From Trichoplax adhaerens (Eukaryota > Animalia > Placozoa): a DNA stretch of 64,000 bases. Shown in pieces: positions 12,289-24,900 of the stretch. The notes below the pieces were generated by a model that searched no databases, was not told the origin of the DNA, and worked only from the letters and a program-made list of their open reading frames with translations. Position numbers and translations under genes: made by a program. Each line of letters begins with the position of its first letter. The first letter of the stretch is position 1. The stretch is taken from assembly GCF_000150275.1 (NCBI RefSeq), contig NW_002060984.1, forward strand, positions 21,185 to 85,184, in the 5' to 3' direction.

Positions 12289-15075
12289 TTAAAACTTGAC
12301 AACTTGTTTTAGCTTTCTCGACTCCAGAAAGTTGTGCCGTTTAACAGCTTTTTCCTGAACTCCTTTCTGAGTGAAGAATGATAGTAGCGAAACGGTATTA
12401 TCGTTATCAAATTCCTCGTCATCCTCCCTGAAATACGATATATACAGCAAGAATTTAGACCTACCCTAAAAACACTTTTTACCTTGGGAAATATACGAAG
12501 ATCAAAGATTTAATTCAACTAAAAAATATACCAATGAACGCGAACTGCAGACTCATCCAAGATTTTCTGGCATGTTGACCAACTAAACCTCACAAATTGT
12601 GGGTAACCAAACACCTTATCCAAATTTGAATTCAACCACTTTTGTGTAGCTGGATCTATCATACGACAGTAATCATAGGCGTGTTTAAGGATATTATATA
12701 ACTGATAAAGCGACACAATCTATCACAATGTCATTCATAAAATATTATGCACAATCTAAAAACTTAGTGGATACTAGAATTTATCAATAGGAAATGCTAA
12801 ATTTAATACCAGATGGATATCCACATCCATAATCGGATGAATTATAGGATTCATCTTCTGGAAATTTCCAATTACTTAGGACTTTATCTCTAGTTACCTA
12901 AATTCATCATTGAATAGACTTAGTGCACAATCCAATATATTTAAATTTTAATTTTCGAATTCTGCTACTGGGCCGTCATATATAATGTAAATAATATCCT
13001 TACATGTAGTATTTGTAATATAGCAACTATTTAAGTAATTTACCGATTAACAAAGAGTCTATCAACCGACTGTTGAATGATGCAAATCACCAATTGGCAT
13101 TACCTTGGCAATAATGCTTGCAGCGCTGACGCATGGAAATAATGCATCTGCCTTTGGAGTTACTTTAATGGTAATATCAGGAAATAGTTCAGATAGTTTG
13201 TTTTGATAATTTTCCGCTACACCAACGGTATCGACGTAAATCTAATCAATAACATTATATCATATCTTTAATAATACTTGGAAGTATTCTTTGTTAACAT
13301 CATGACATGGTTAAAAGCACCTTCGTCCATACAGCAATATGTGAAATTTACAACATTACCTCTTTTACTTGAACTCCCTTCTGGATCGATTGTCTTATCA
13401 AGTTTATAGCGGCATCATGCGATACGGCATTTAAGCTATATTTCGTCCTGAAAATAGAAATAGTAAAGTCATGCAAGAGTCAGATTACTGAACATGTCCA
13501 TTATACACATAGCCGCTATCCACTGTAGTCGATATCACTGATTGCAAATGATAAACTATTAATGCACTGGTACGAATGCCTCATTCATAGTGCTAATACA
13601 ATGCAATCTGCGTCAGAGTTGTCTATTTGCACCATGTGATTGGGGGAAGATTACAACTAGATATGTATATAAATATACCTTGCAAGCATTTTTGTGGATA
13701 TATCGCTGGGTGAAATAATCTCTACTAACCAACCAACAGAATCATCCGAGTTTATCTTTTGAAATAGTTCGTCTCTCATATCTTCCGTAAGAACCTTAGA
13801 GTCTAGATTTCATTTTAAAGGTAGTAAATAGCAACAATGAACAGAAATATAAATTTTTAGTTTATAACTTTCAATTTTACTATTGCAAGTCCATTGTGAT
13901 TTATCACTTTACAGATTGCTATGTACTGGATGGAAAACTATCTATAAATATCCATCAAGGCACCCACCCTTACCAATCCATCTCGACATTATTTCTCTAT
14001 AGTATCGGATAACATGAACTAATTGTCAATAAACCAATGCTAGTAATACGATAAGCTACAAAATTTGCATTCGCTATATTAGTAAAACTACTAGCAATAG
14101 GATCAAAATAATATGTTTAATCAGTATCAGACTGCCTACTGAGTGACTACCTTGCACGCACCATTCACATAGATTGCACATAGAAGAATCCTGTGGATCG
14201 AGTAAACTAATCACTAAGCAGTATTGTCGATGATTTTTGTTCAAACACTCCAAATCAGAAAAAATTTTACAATTTTGGGACGATGAGCGATTAATCTTTA
14301 GAATGGTTGATACACGTACGCTCAAAATATGACAAGTTACCTGCTACTCCTAATTCCTTCACTTTTTCAGATTGTGATAATGGATAATAACAAGCACCGT
14401 AAACCATTGCACCTAAACAAATTGAATATTAACTATATTAGGTATACGAGTATGTTTGTCGATTAGAGCATCCTAATTCAATTCTTTATTACAGTTACTA
14501 TACTATGCATGCTGCACTTTCAAGTTGTTTTAAAACTGTGACTGACAAAAACCAAAATCCAATCCTACGATTTTATTGCTGTTATTAGCGTTGTTACTCG
14601 ATTGGCGTAATCAACTATGCGAGTGGAAGAGGTCGCTTAGTCCATTTTTACCACGGTACACTACTGTCGTTGTCAAGGTTAATTTGATCATGACGTTTTG
14701 TGACGATGGAAATGGCTCGAACATCATCAATTTACCGATGTAATGCCATTTTTTTCCATTTAGCCAACTGTCCATCATCACAATAAGATATCGCACTCTT
14801 GAGGTAGACTCGCTTGCAATCGTACTTTTATTGGCAGAAAACTCTACATGTACAGTAAATCAAAGCTAGGACTACTAGAATTATAGTCGGTGCAATATGA
14901 TCCTATCATTTGCTTATTCTAAATTGATTGAGTATTGGACATTTGTACCTAGAACTGGACCTCGGCCTGCTTCGTCGATACCTAAGCAACACGGTTCATT
15001 TTGAGCAGCTTGCGGTGTGCCAGAAGTCAACACACAGCTTTTACTATTATCCATTTCGTACTGACTAATATCCAT
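12289..15075 (-). CDS. RNASEH2A: Ribonuclease H2 subunit A, 8 exons
   Basis: LGIDEAGRGPVLG|AMVY, GVA|DSKVL, YSLNAVSHD, IYVDTVG, KADALFPCVSAASIIAK|VTRD, YGCGYPS|DP, VFGYPQFVRFSWST, and a C-terminal PIP-like SLLSFF. Confidence 0.95.
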
Positions 15076-15289
15076 GTTGGAAATACCACTGCTACAATAT
15101 TGCTGCAAAAGGCTCAAAGTTGAAGAATTGGAAATCAAATCCCAAGTGTTATGTCGGCAATGGAATCGATCAATATTTTTCGTTGAAATGGCCTTTCCAG
15201 CTCATATTAATTGATCTCAAATTTCCATAGCTGGTCAAATTACTGTACCGATTTGCAAGTAAGCGAACCAAAACTGCATGGCCAAAAAC

Positions 15290-15324
15290 GCGGGAAATTC
15301 GCTTGAAGGGCATTTAACTTTGAA
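15290..15324. promoter_or_regulatory. E2F-like site (GCGGGAAA) and CHR-like TTTGAA upstream of RNASEH2A
   Basis: Exact consensus matches ~215-250 nt upstream of the RNASEH2A ATG; short motifs, so chance occurrence is possible. Confidence 0.4.
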
Positions 15325-16484
15325 AGCTTGACGTTACTTTCCGCTATGTGTGCGCATGAGTAGTCGCTGTTGTAAAAGAATCCTTCTCTACTTCAGTATA
15401 CTGGTATAGTATAGATACTGATTCATACGTTACGACCAGTCTAGTTACACTACAGTTAGTAGTGACTACTGTCACAGTAGAGTCTTACCGGACTCAGGAT
15501 AGGTGTCCTATCCTACTGTCTATCTGTCCATGATACATTGCCTTCTCATGTGTTTCTGTATTAGGTCAAATTGATGTTGGTACGGTATAAAAGTTATCCA
15601 ACTAATGGTCATTTATTTTATCAATTTCTCAATCCTCTCTTCCCTACAAATTCCCGGCTTTTATACTCTCGACAACAGATTATGTCATAGGATGTCTGTA
15701 GAATCAATAGTAAGCCTTCCTAACACCACTTGCAAGTCCTAACCATAGAGGTTCTTCCCCATAGTCCTAATATTGCTCTTCTACAGTATATCGCACTGAT
15801 ATAGATACTGTGCTAACCTTAGCACTTTTGATAGATCAGCACAATACTGTACAAGCAATAGTGGTTCTTCCCTGTAATTGTCCTAACATGGCGATCCTGT
15901 ATAGTGTGACAGTGCTATATACTGTATTAGAGTAGAAATATCTATGATAGGATAATTTTGTTAGTCTATCCTTATTTAGCTAACTTCTAATTTCGCTATA
16001 CTGTGTTGTAATGTAGCACTGGCTTGTTATAACAGTGACATACATACAATTATACGTGCAATAAAGGACTAAAAGCAGCGTTCTTTTTAGCTTTTAGTAT
16101 TTATCTATTTTAATTTACTATAGAAAGTGATAATATCTTTTAGTTTTACCCTGCCAAATCTTTATGTCGCCATCTTTTCTTCTTAACTAATTTACAAGGT
16201 ATTATATAGATTACTATAGGAATAACTTAAGCGCAATCGCCTAATCTAAAGAAAGAGCCTTCGATAGTATATTGAGATTATAGATGAATTTGACTTAGTA
16301 ACTAAACCCTATCCATAGAGAAAGGGGATTTATAACACGACAGTAAAGTAGTGTAATGTTGGTTATAATCTTACAGTTACCGTATAACTTCACACTAAAA
16401 CATCAACTGTCAATACTAATATCAAAAAAAAGTAGCCATAGATGTCATATAAAATTGCTTGAAAAGCGATTACTGCAATCTTTA

Positions 16485-17340
16485 TATAATTCGAATTTTT
16501 CGGATTCCGGATCCAGGTCGGATTTATGTCCGATATAATTCTAATTTTAATTTTTTTGTTTTAATTTTTGGGATTTTAATTTTTTGAAAAATGTTATAAG
16601 AGTTGACTTTGAAATTTGAACTTTTTGTTATGAATTTGAAACTTGGGAATTTTATGAAGTGACATGAAAGTTACATTAGGAAAGTTTAGTTGAGAAAATA
16701 GAAAAAAAGATGGCAAATGGCAGAGATTGTGTTGATTGTTATGTAGTTAGACTGTTATTTTTATGACTAAATCTTGATGTTTAAAGATTAATTTTTAGAC
16801 TTTTGTAATGCACAATGATTGAAAATTAAGTTGGAAGTGAAGCTTGAGGCATTTTATAGTTAGTTTGATGGCTTTATAGTGTTTCGTAAGGGAATCATAA
16901 GGTAAGTTGAGTCTGAACTTTTAATGATTTTTGTTTTCTTAAGCGGTGCAAAGTAGTTTTTTTGAAAAGGATCTTAATTGAGATTGGTTAATAAATATTT
17001 AGTTTTAAGTACCGCTGAGGGCTCTGTGAAGCCTATAAATGATAGTGCAATCAGAAAATTTAGAGTATAGAGTAAAAGGAGATTCTTTTGAAGAATTCGC
17101 TGAATTTTAAAAGCCTTCGGGGTCGAACTGTTGTAAGTTAAAAACGTTCGTCTTTTTGTTAGGTTGTTTGGTTGTTGACAGTTTCAATTTTATCTTTATT
17201 TTATTTGCTTACTTATAATACTTAGAGTTAAGTATTTGGAAGGTTGTTTGATCAGACTCTCTCACATTTTCTTAATAAATTGTTGATCGGTTGATTCCCC
17301 AATTTTTTTTTTGATGTCAAAGTTTTGTTAAGTCGACCAG
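16485..17340. mobile_element. Possible decayed transposable element fragment (strand-skewed island)
   Basis: Abrupt T/G-rich, C-poor plus strand starting with a GC-rich element (TCCGGATCCAGG, hairpin TCGGA-tttatg-TCCGA). No intact ORF and family not recognisable. Confidence 0.3.
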
Positions 17341-20300
17341 AGTGCAAAGAAAGTAGAATCACAATTTGTTAGAACTTTAATAGCTTGGTTTCTACACATT
17401 TCATTTCATTACATACATGTACTGAAATTAGTAGTCATATGCATGATTCCAAAGTTAATCGTACTAACTATTACTCATGAACTGTTAAGGAAGCGTTTAT
17501 AAATGCAGTGTATCGTGCAATAAAGTTTCTAGCTCTACTCATCACCCTATTTATTCTACAAAACATTATTATTTCTCAATGGTGAATAGCAGACATGAAT
17601 CAATTTAAATTAGAGGACCCACATAGTTCATCATGAAATGTTTTTGAACAACAAAATGATCTATTTTCTTAAATCTTCAGTCAGTGTATGATCCTAAACT
17701 TCTTACTCGTCTAACGAAACATGAAATCAAATTAATCTATTCTGCAATTAATAATTTCCTGGTACGAAGGTACTTAACAAAGGTCAACCATATCATGTCG
17801 TTAACCAATTAGATCATAACCAGGGATCATTTCCATCAAACATGCACCCAGCTAGTTGAATTAGGCATAAAGTCCCCGTAGTAACCGAGTAATAGTCTCC
17901 TGTTATCACTATTAGTCATCTACTGTTCTATTACAATCAACTGAGATTGTTTTAGTCCCACCACTGAGAAATTAAGATGACTACTGGTATACACAATATC
18001 AAGTTATTCCCTCATAAAATAACAACTTTTAATGACAGTCAGATATCATGGGATTGGAAAAATTATTGTTTTGTTTCTAGTCTATGTTATATTAAGTCTT
18101 TCCTATAGCCGATCGGTCCAGTCTGTGATAGAATTACTGCAATAGCATTGAAATGGGTAGATGACTGCAATGCTGCCAATCTTTACTTAATAAAGACTCC
18201 AAGTTTAGCGCTAACTTTAATACATTTACAGCCTTCAATTTTCAAAAACCTGAGCAACGTGCATGTTAACATACTGATTTATTGTGTACAGTTGTAAGTA
18301 TCATTATTTAGAATGGTTTAGTCTAAAGCTATGATTAAGATTATCCTTCAGGGATTTAGTAATCAAAAATATTTTTCTTACACCATTTCTCATGTAAAAG
18401 TAGCTGTACGTAAAATAATTAGATTAAAATATATACGAAATAAAGGTTAAGGCAGATAGATCTCTTTTAATCATTCAACCAGTGAAATTTTGCAAGTATC
18501 AGAATGGTTTATACAACTTTTAAAAGTTGTTTACAGTTAATGTATGCACGTAGTCTTTTATGCTATTGTATAAAGCAAAATACATTGAGCACATAGAAAT
18601 AACAACTCTTGTAGTACCATTTCTTTAGTCGAAATACAATATAATGTTAGCTCCGGCATTTCAATGTCCTCGTCTACCTAGGCATGATATATTTAGATTT
18701 ATATCGTTTACTAAATATCCATAATGTTGACTTGGATGCTAAATGAATCAAGCTCAATAATGCTCTTGTAACAATAGTGTCTGAAGTTTCTATTATTGAA
18801 TCTTACTATATATAATCGGGGTACTCTTACTAAGAACAAGCTGCCTCCGGCTATCGATAAACGATTACGATTAATAGCTACTGTTAAATCCGTCATTGTT
18901 AGCTTAACTAATTATTCTGCAGTAGAACAATGTTCCCTTAAGGCATGGCGGCTATACTGTTCTTATTTTTGCCTCTTCAACTATTGTCTTTGCATTAATA
19001 CACATAATACCATCTTTCCCTATAAATAGTTTGGCGTTTTCCCAAAAAATATAAGAAATTTTAAAATTTTAAAACATCTATATTTGTTTCATAAGGATGC
19101 AATTGGCCTTAATTCATTTTTATGTACTATGAAGGTAGCATTTAACTGTGGTAAGTGTTTTTTATCATTTCCTTTCTGCACAGTAACGAAGTTAATTTAG
19201 ATAAGGAGATACCTTCTGTTAAATTGTATTTTTTTGCATCTTATTAACAAACTAATTACTTAGCACTTTTAATAAAAATGAAACTTTTGACTATTTGATC
19301 ACTTAATACTACAGTACTATACTTCAGTATTTTAGCGAGTATGCCCTGACGGGCTTACAAAATTTGGTAATCCACTAGTGAAACGGCAATAACCACTGAC
19401 CAATATCACGAATCGTTTCTCATGTAATCTATATCATACATACGAAGCTAATTAATTTAATAAGATTAACACCACTTCAAGTACTCAAATATTTAAGATT
19501 ATCGTCAGATTATAGATTACACCCTCCAGGTAAATTAAGTCATTTTTGGTATATTATTCTTAATTCATCGTCAATATATCACAATTAATACTGCATACAG
19601 TTAAATGAATCTGCCGCAGTCAGATGGTCTAATTACAAACTTTGTGATACTGTACTAATATAAAGGATATGGCGTATTTGAATGATAAAGTAATTTAATT
19701 AACTTACTCCTTTATTAAATGGTTAGCTTTATAGCCATTGTACGATGACTTGAGAACTGCATTATATTCGGCATTTCTCCTTCGCATGTACATAACATTT
19801 CAAAGGATGCCATGCGTAGCTACTCTACGTGAAATCGTAGTAATCCATTATTACTAACATACGTTATTAATTTTAGAAAATGAATTGTAATTCGTAGCAC
19901 TTACGTCCAAAATCAAATTACGCTTTGAAATAGATTCGTGAAACTAGTTTTCTGCATGAATAGTAAGCTATAAATCGTATTTGTGGAGCTTTATTGTAGA
20001 TAAAATGATCGATAAAATTATAGAACTGATCATTCATTTACTTCGCAATCTTTGTTCCCTTTTTACTATTCTACAAATGTACCACATAACAGGATACAAC
20101 CTAAAATCACCCATTTCGACGTATTTCTGCTAATAAAGTATAAGATTAAATTTCTTTTGCTATAATAATTGTAAGTCGACAAAACTACAGTAACTGCTTG
20201 TCACAGAATCAGCTTCGTGACAAGGATAACGTAAAATAAGTCTCTAAATTACTATAGTCTCCGGGATTCAGTATCCCTACTCACAAGAATTTAGACGCCT

Positions 20301-21958
20301 TTGATTCTACGTTAAACTCAACTGGACAATTGAGAACTACTTTATTCAACTATCTGACGGGCTTATATACCCTTTTACAGCAGCTAACATTCACGAGTCA
20401 TCTTATAAAAATACTTCTTAGGTGAGAACATCTACTAACTAATTTTTCACAGTCGGACTACAATATGTCCATTCACAGAATTATTTCAGTGCACATTACA
20501 GCACAGCATTAAATTTACTGTAACATATTTATAATTAGAGTAATTCCTATTGTAAGTAACTAGTTGGTAATATATTATCACTATATTATATTAACCAAAT
20601 TTAGATAGCTATTTCTTCACGGTAGTTCGTACCGTGATACTGCTCAATCAATTCATTCCTTTCACTGGCTTTCAGGTTTAGCTTACTAACCATCAATAAA
20701 TACTTTATAGAATATCGATATCTAGTCATAATGTTTAATAAATCAAATGTACGATAAGCAATCGCAGTTACTGCATAAATTTAATTATAAAGATCAAGAT
20801 CTAGGAAGTAATATCATGGTTCCTTGTAAGAAAGGCCATTCCTCATTTTGAATTATTCATACCTTTAACTGTAATGTATTGAGATTGTACCATTATTTTT
20901 AGCATAATCATAAAAAGGGCATTTTAGTTTATTCTTCAATATAGACAGTATTCGCAGTTTTCCGTACAATATATAGATATAGGTTGTCCTTTTATATTTC
21001 TCTACTACTGCTTACAATCATGCAATCATTCATTATTAGATAAACTATTATGATGCAATTACTGCATTTAATTCCATAGCTTTACTCTCTGTATGAGTTC
21101 TATCTCTGAAGCAATAAGTACCACTGATTTCTGATTCAATTCTCAATTGCTGCCTTGCTAGTATTTTGTATGTTACATTACAACAATTTACCTAGTGGTC
21201 TACAGTAACTAACACAACGTTATATGATTCTATCTACAATGAAAGAATTTATTTACTCATGATCATATTTGTGTCAGTCTACAAACGATAAGTAGCTTCT
21301 GTAATTCTTCGAATCGTTTATCTTACCTGGATGAAGCACTGCTGCCGCATTTGTATTTCTAGTTCTTCATGATAATTTTTGTGCCAAGGGATATTTTTGT
21401 TAAATAATGGTACGCCTCAGTCTTTTTATTTTTAACTTTGAACCAGATTTATAAATAATCACTTTGTAATTATCAATATTCAGCACTAACTTCTATCTAT
21501 TAATTTTTATATTTATTAAGTATTTTAAGAATTCTGAACTTAAAATAATACATATACTCTACTACATTCATATGCTCACTTCTCAATTACATTAGCAAAA
21601 TTACGTATTTACTGTAACGTAGCCACAGCATCTTTTTAATTATAAGAATAGAATTTCATTCCGTAATTTTACTACACACTAAATGAAAAAATATGAACTA
21701 GAAAAATGTCGTATAGAAGCTATCTCTTGGCTTAAGTTTAGTTTATGAAAGCTGTTTCTAAGAAAGGGATATCATGGGTGCAATACTTTTTTATTTCACA
21801 CTTCAGGGGCCGATGATATGTAAATATCTAGCAGTTGATGGATTATAATGATTCTATTCTAAATTAACCTTGATCATAAATGGCGTAATACTTACTTGTA
21901 TCTGTGTCATACAATTTTCTATTGAATGTCGTATAATGGAATTTATTTTCATTACTAG

Positions 21959-24900
21959 ATGTTCCAAATTTGCGATGAAGATATTGTTATTGCCGGCATA
22001 TCTTGCCGAATGCCTGAATCCGATAATGCCGAAGAATTTTGGCAACACTTAATTCAAGGAAATGATATGGTCACCGAAGATGATCGACGTTGGCCGCCTG
22101 GTATATTTGGTTTACCTAAACGAAATGGTAAATTGAAAGATATAGAGCACTTTGATGCAATCTTCTTTGGAGTCCATGCTAAGCAATGCAACACTATGGA
22201 CCCTCAGTTAAGAATATTATTAGAAGTAACTTACGAAGCAATAGTAGATGGTGGAATAAATCCAATAGAATTTCGTGGTCGAAAATGGGGTGTTTTTGTC
22301 GGTCAAAGTGGATCGGAAGCCATGCAAGCTTATCAATCGAATCCCGACATACAAATTGGTTATAGTATGACAGGATGCAATTGCTGCATGTTATCCAATC
22401 GATTATCATATTATTTCAATTTTAATGGTGAGACAGCAATTAAATTGCTACATAGTTTATAATAATGAAAGGAAATTTAATTGATGTATCAATTAAATAA
22501 TATACTCATCTACTTGAACTGCTTTACATTTCAATAGGACCTAGTATTTCAATAGATACAGCTTGCTCTTCATCTCTAATAGCTTTTGATCAGGCTATTA
22601 GAGCAATTAAAACAGGAGTTTGCGAGGGGGCTATCGTCGGTGGCTTAGGACTTGATGTTAAACCTCACACAAGCTTAGAATTTATGAAATTAGGCATGCT
22701 ATCACCTGAAGGCGCCTGTAAATCTTTCGATAATTCTGGTAATGGATATTGTCGATCAGAAGGTAATCTACTCTCTCATAGCATGGTATACATGTATTTT
22801 AATCGTCACATACACCCTGTGATAATAGTGGGGCAAAAACACTCACATATCGCTAGAACAAGATCTAGAAGCTCAAGTCAACTTGTTTACTTTTTAGATA
22901 CAAATAAATTCTATGCTTTCCAAGGTTTTACATATTATGTACCGTCATAGTATTATCGTAGATAAAACTAGAAACGTACAGACAACGATAACCAAACAGT
23001 AGGATTTATTCATAATGACCACAGGCTAGATGTCGTATTATAAAATACTATCTATACCAGCTTGGTTAACTCTTCCTCATGATGTCGCTTTACGTATACA
23101 CACTACGCGATGCAGAATTTACAGTATAAGCACAAAAAATTTCATTATGCAACTACCACGTACTCTGGTACATGATCCAATTGCTTTCCCTAACTGAATT
23201 TTATTATACCGTGCTAACGATTAAATATCCCCCATTTGTATCTCATCCACTTGTATTCTAGCCTGTAGTAAGGTATTTAAATTATTATACGCCTAAAGAA
23301 CATCAGCTAACATAAAATTTTTATGATTAATCTTGAGTATAGTAGTCTAACCATGAAGAAATGTGTTCCTTAAGATAGTGGCACAATTTAAAGTCCAATT
23401 ATCATACTTTACAATTTTAATGACTAGATTTTATGATGTTTCGTGATCCCAGAATAAGTACAATTTATCTTAGCTATATGTATACGTAGAGTATATACGA
23501 ATATTACTAACTTTGAACAAATAAACGTTTAGGAATCGTCTCATTGTTACTACTTAAGAAATCTCAAGCTAAACGAAATTATGCGACAGTTATCCATAGT
23601 AAATCAGCTAGCGATGGCTTTAAACAACAAGGTATAACGTTCCCTAATGGAGCTGCTCAAAGTCTATTACTTCAACAAGTTTATCAAGAAGCCAGAATCG
23701 ATCCGCAAAAAGAGGTTAACTATGTCGAAGCTCACGGAACCGGCACCAAGGCTGGCGATCCACAAGAAGTCAATGCTATCGCTTCTGTCTTTATTGGAGA
23801 AGACCGCCAGAATAAACCTCTTTTAATAGGATCTGTTAAGTCGAACATGGGCCATTGCGAGGCGGCGTCTGGCTTAGCCGGTGTAGTCAAGGTTATTCTG
23901 AGTGCTCAACATGGCATTTTACCCCCAAATTTACATTTTAATCAGCCTAATCCAGATATTCCGGGATTACTTGATGGAAGTATAAAAGTAGTAACAGAAC
24001 CCACAACTTTCCCAGGTGAATAACGATTAACTAAGTACCGTACCGAAGTAACTCACCATAGTTACTTCAAAGTAAACATTATCGCATATTGTATTTTATT
24101 ATATATTAATTTAACAAAAAGTAACGTAACTTTACTTGACGAATTTTATTTTAATAGATGGATACGTTGGAATTAATTCTTTCGGTTTTGGGGGAGCTAA
24201 TGCTCACGTATTATTAAAACCCAACGTATATTATCAAGAAGATGCTGATCGAAGTAAACATCAAGAACTATCACTTATTCTATGTTCTGGGCGTACACGA
24301 GAAAGCGTCCAAAGCTTAATCCATCTTGGTCACAAAAATACCGATAATCCGTATTTAATTAACTTAATTAACAGTATATCTGCTACACCGATAAGTAATA
24401 ATTATCATCCGATGCGTGGCTTTGCTTTACTAAATAGTCAAGAGTCTATTCAAGATATCGATCTTACTGTATCAGATAAGCGACCTATCTGGTGGATATT
24501 TTCTGGAATGGGAGCTAATTGGAATAAAATGGGTCAGAACATGATGAAATTTCCGGTTTTCAAAAATACAATCACGAGAGCACGCGAAATATTGATGCCT
24601 ACAGGATTAGATCTTATAAATATATTATTTAGTGAAGATCCTAATGTTTACGATAATGTAAGAGATGCATTTATTGGTCTTGTAGCAGTTCAAATAGCTC
24701 TTATAGATTGTCTTCGAGCTTGTGGAATCGAATACGATGGTAAATATTGTAATTTAAATGGAATTTATTATATTATGTAGACGAATTAGCTAGTTCAAAA
24801 CTAATCCGCCTCTATAATGTAGATTTTAACACTTGAATACTTCGATCAGTAACAGACACAAATTTAAAATTAAAATAATTACAGGTTTAATAGGTCATAG

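Noticed and set aside
19343-19380. GCCC-tgac-GGGC hairpin followed by CTAG as a Helitron 3' end
   Set aside because: Stem only 4 bp, spacing long, and no 5' end or second copy apart from a 12-mer at 20355.
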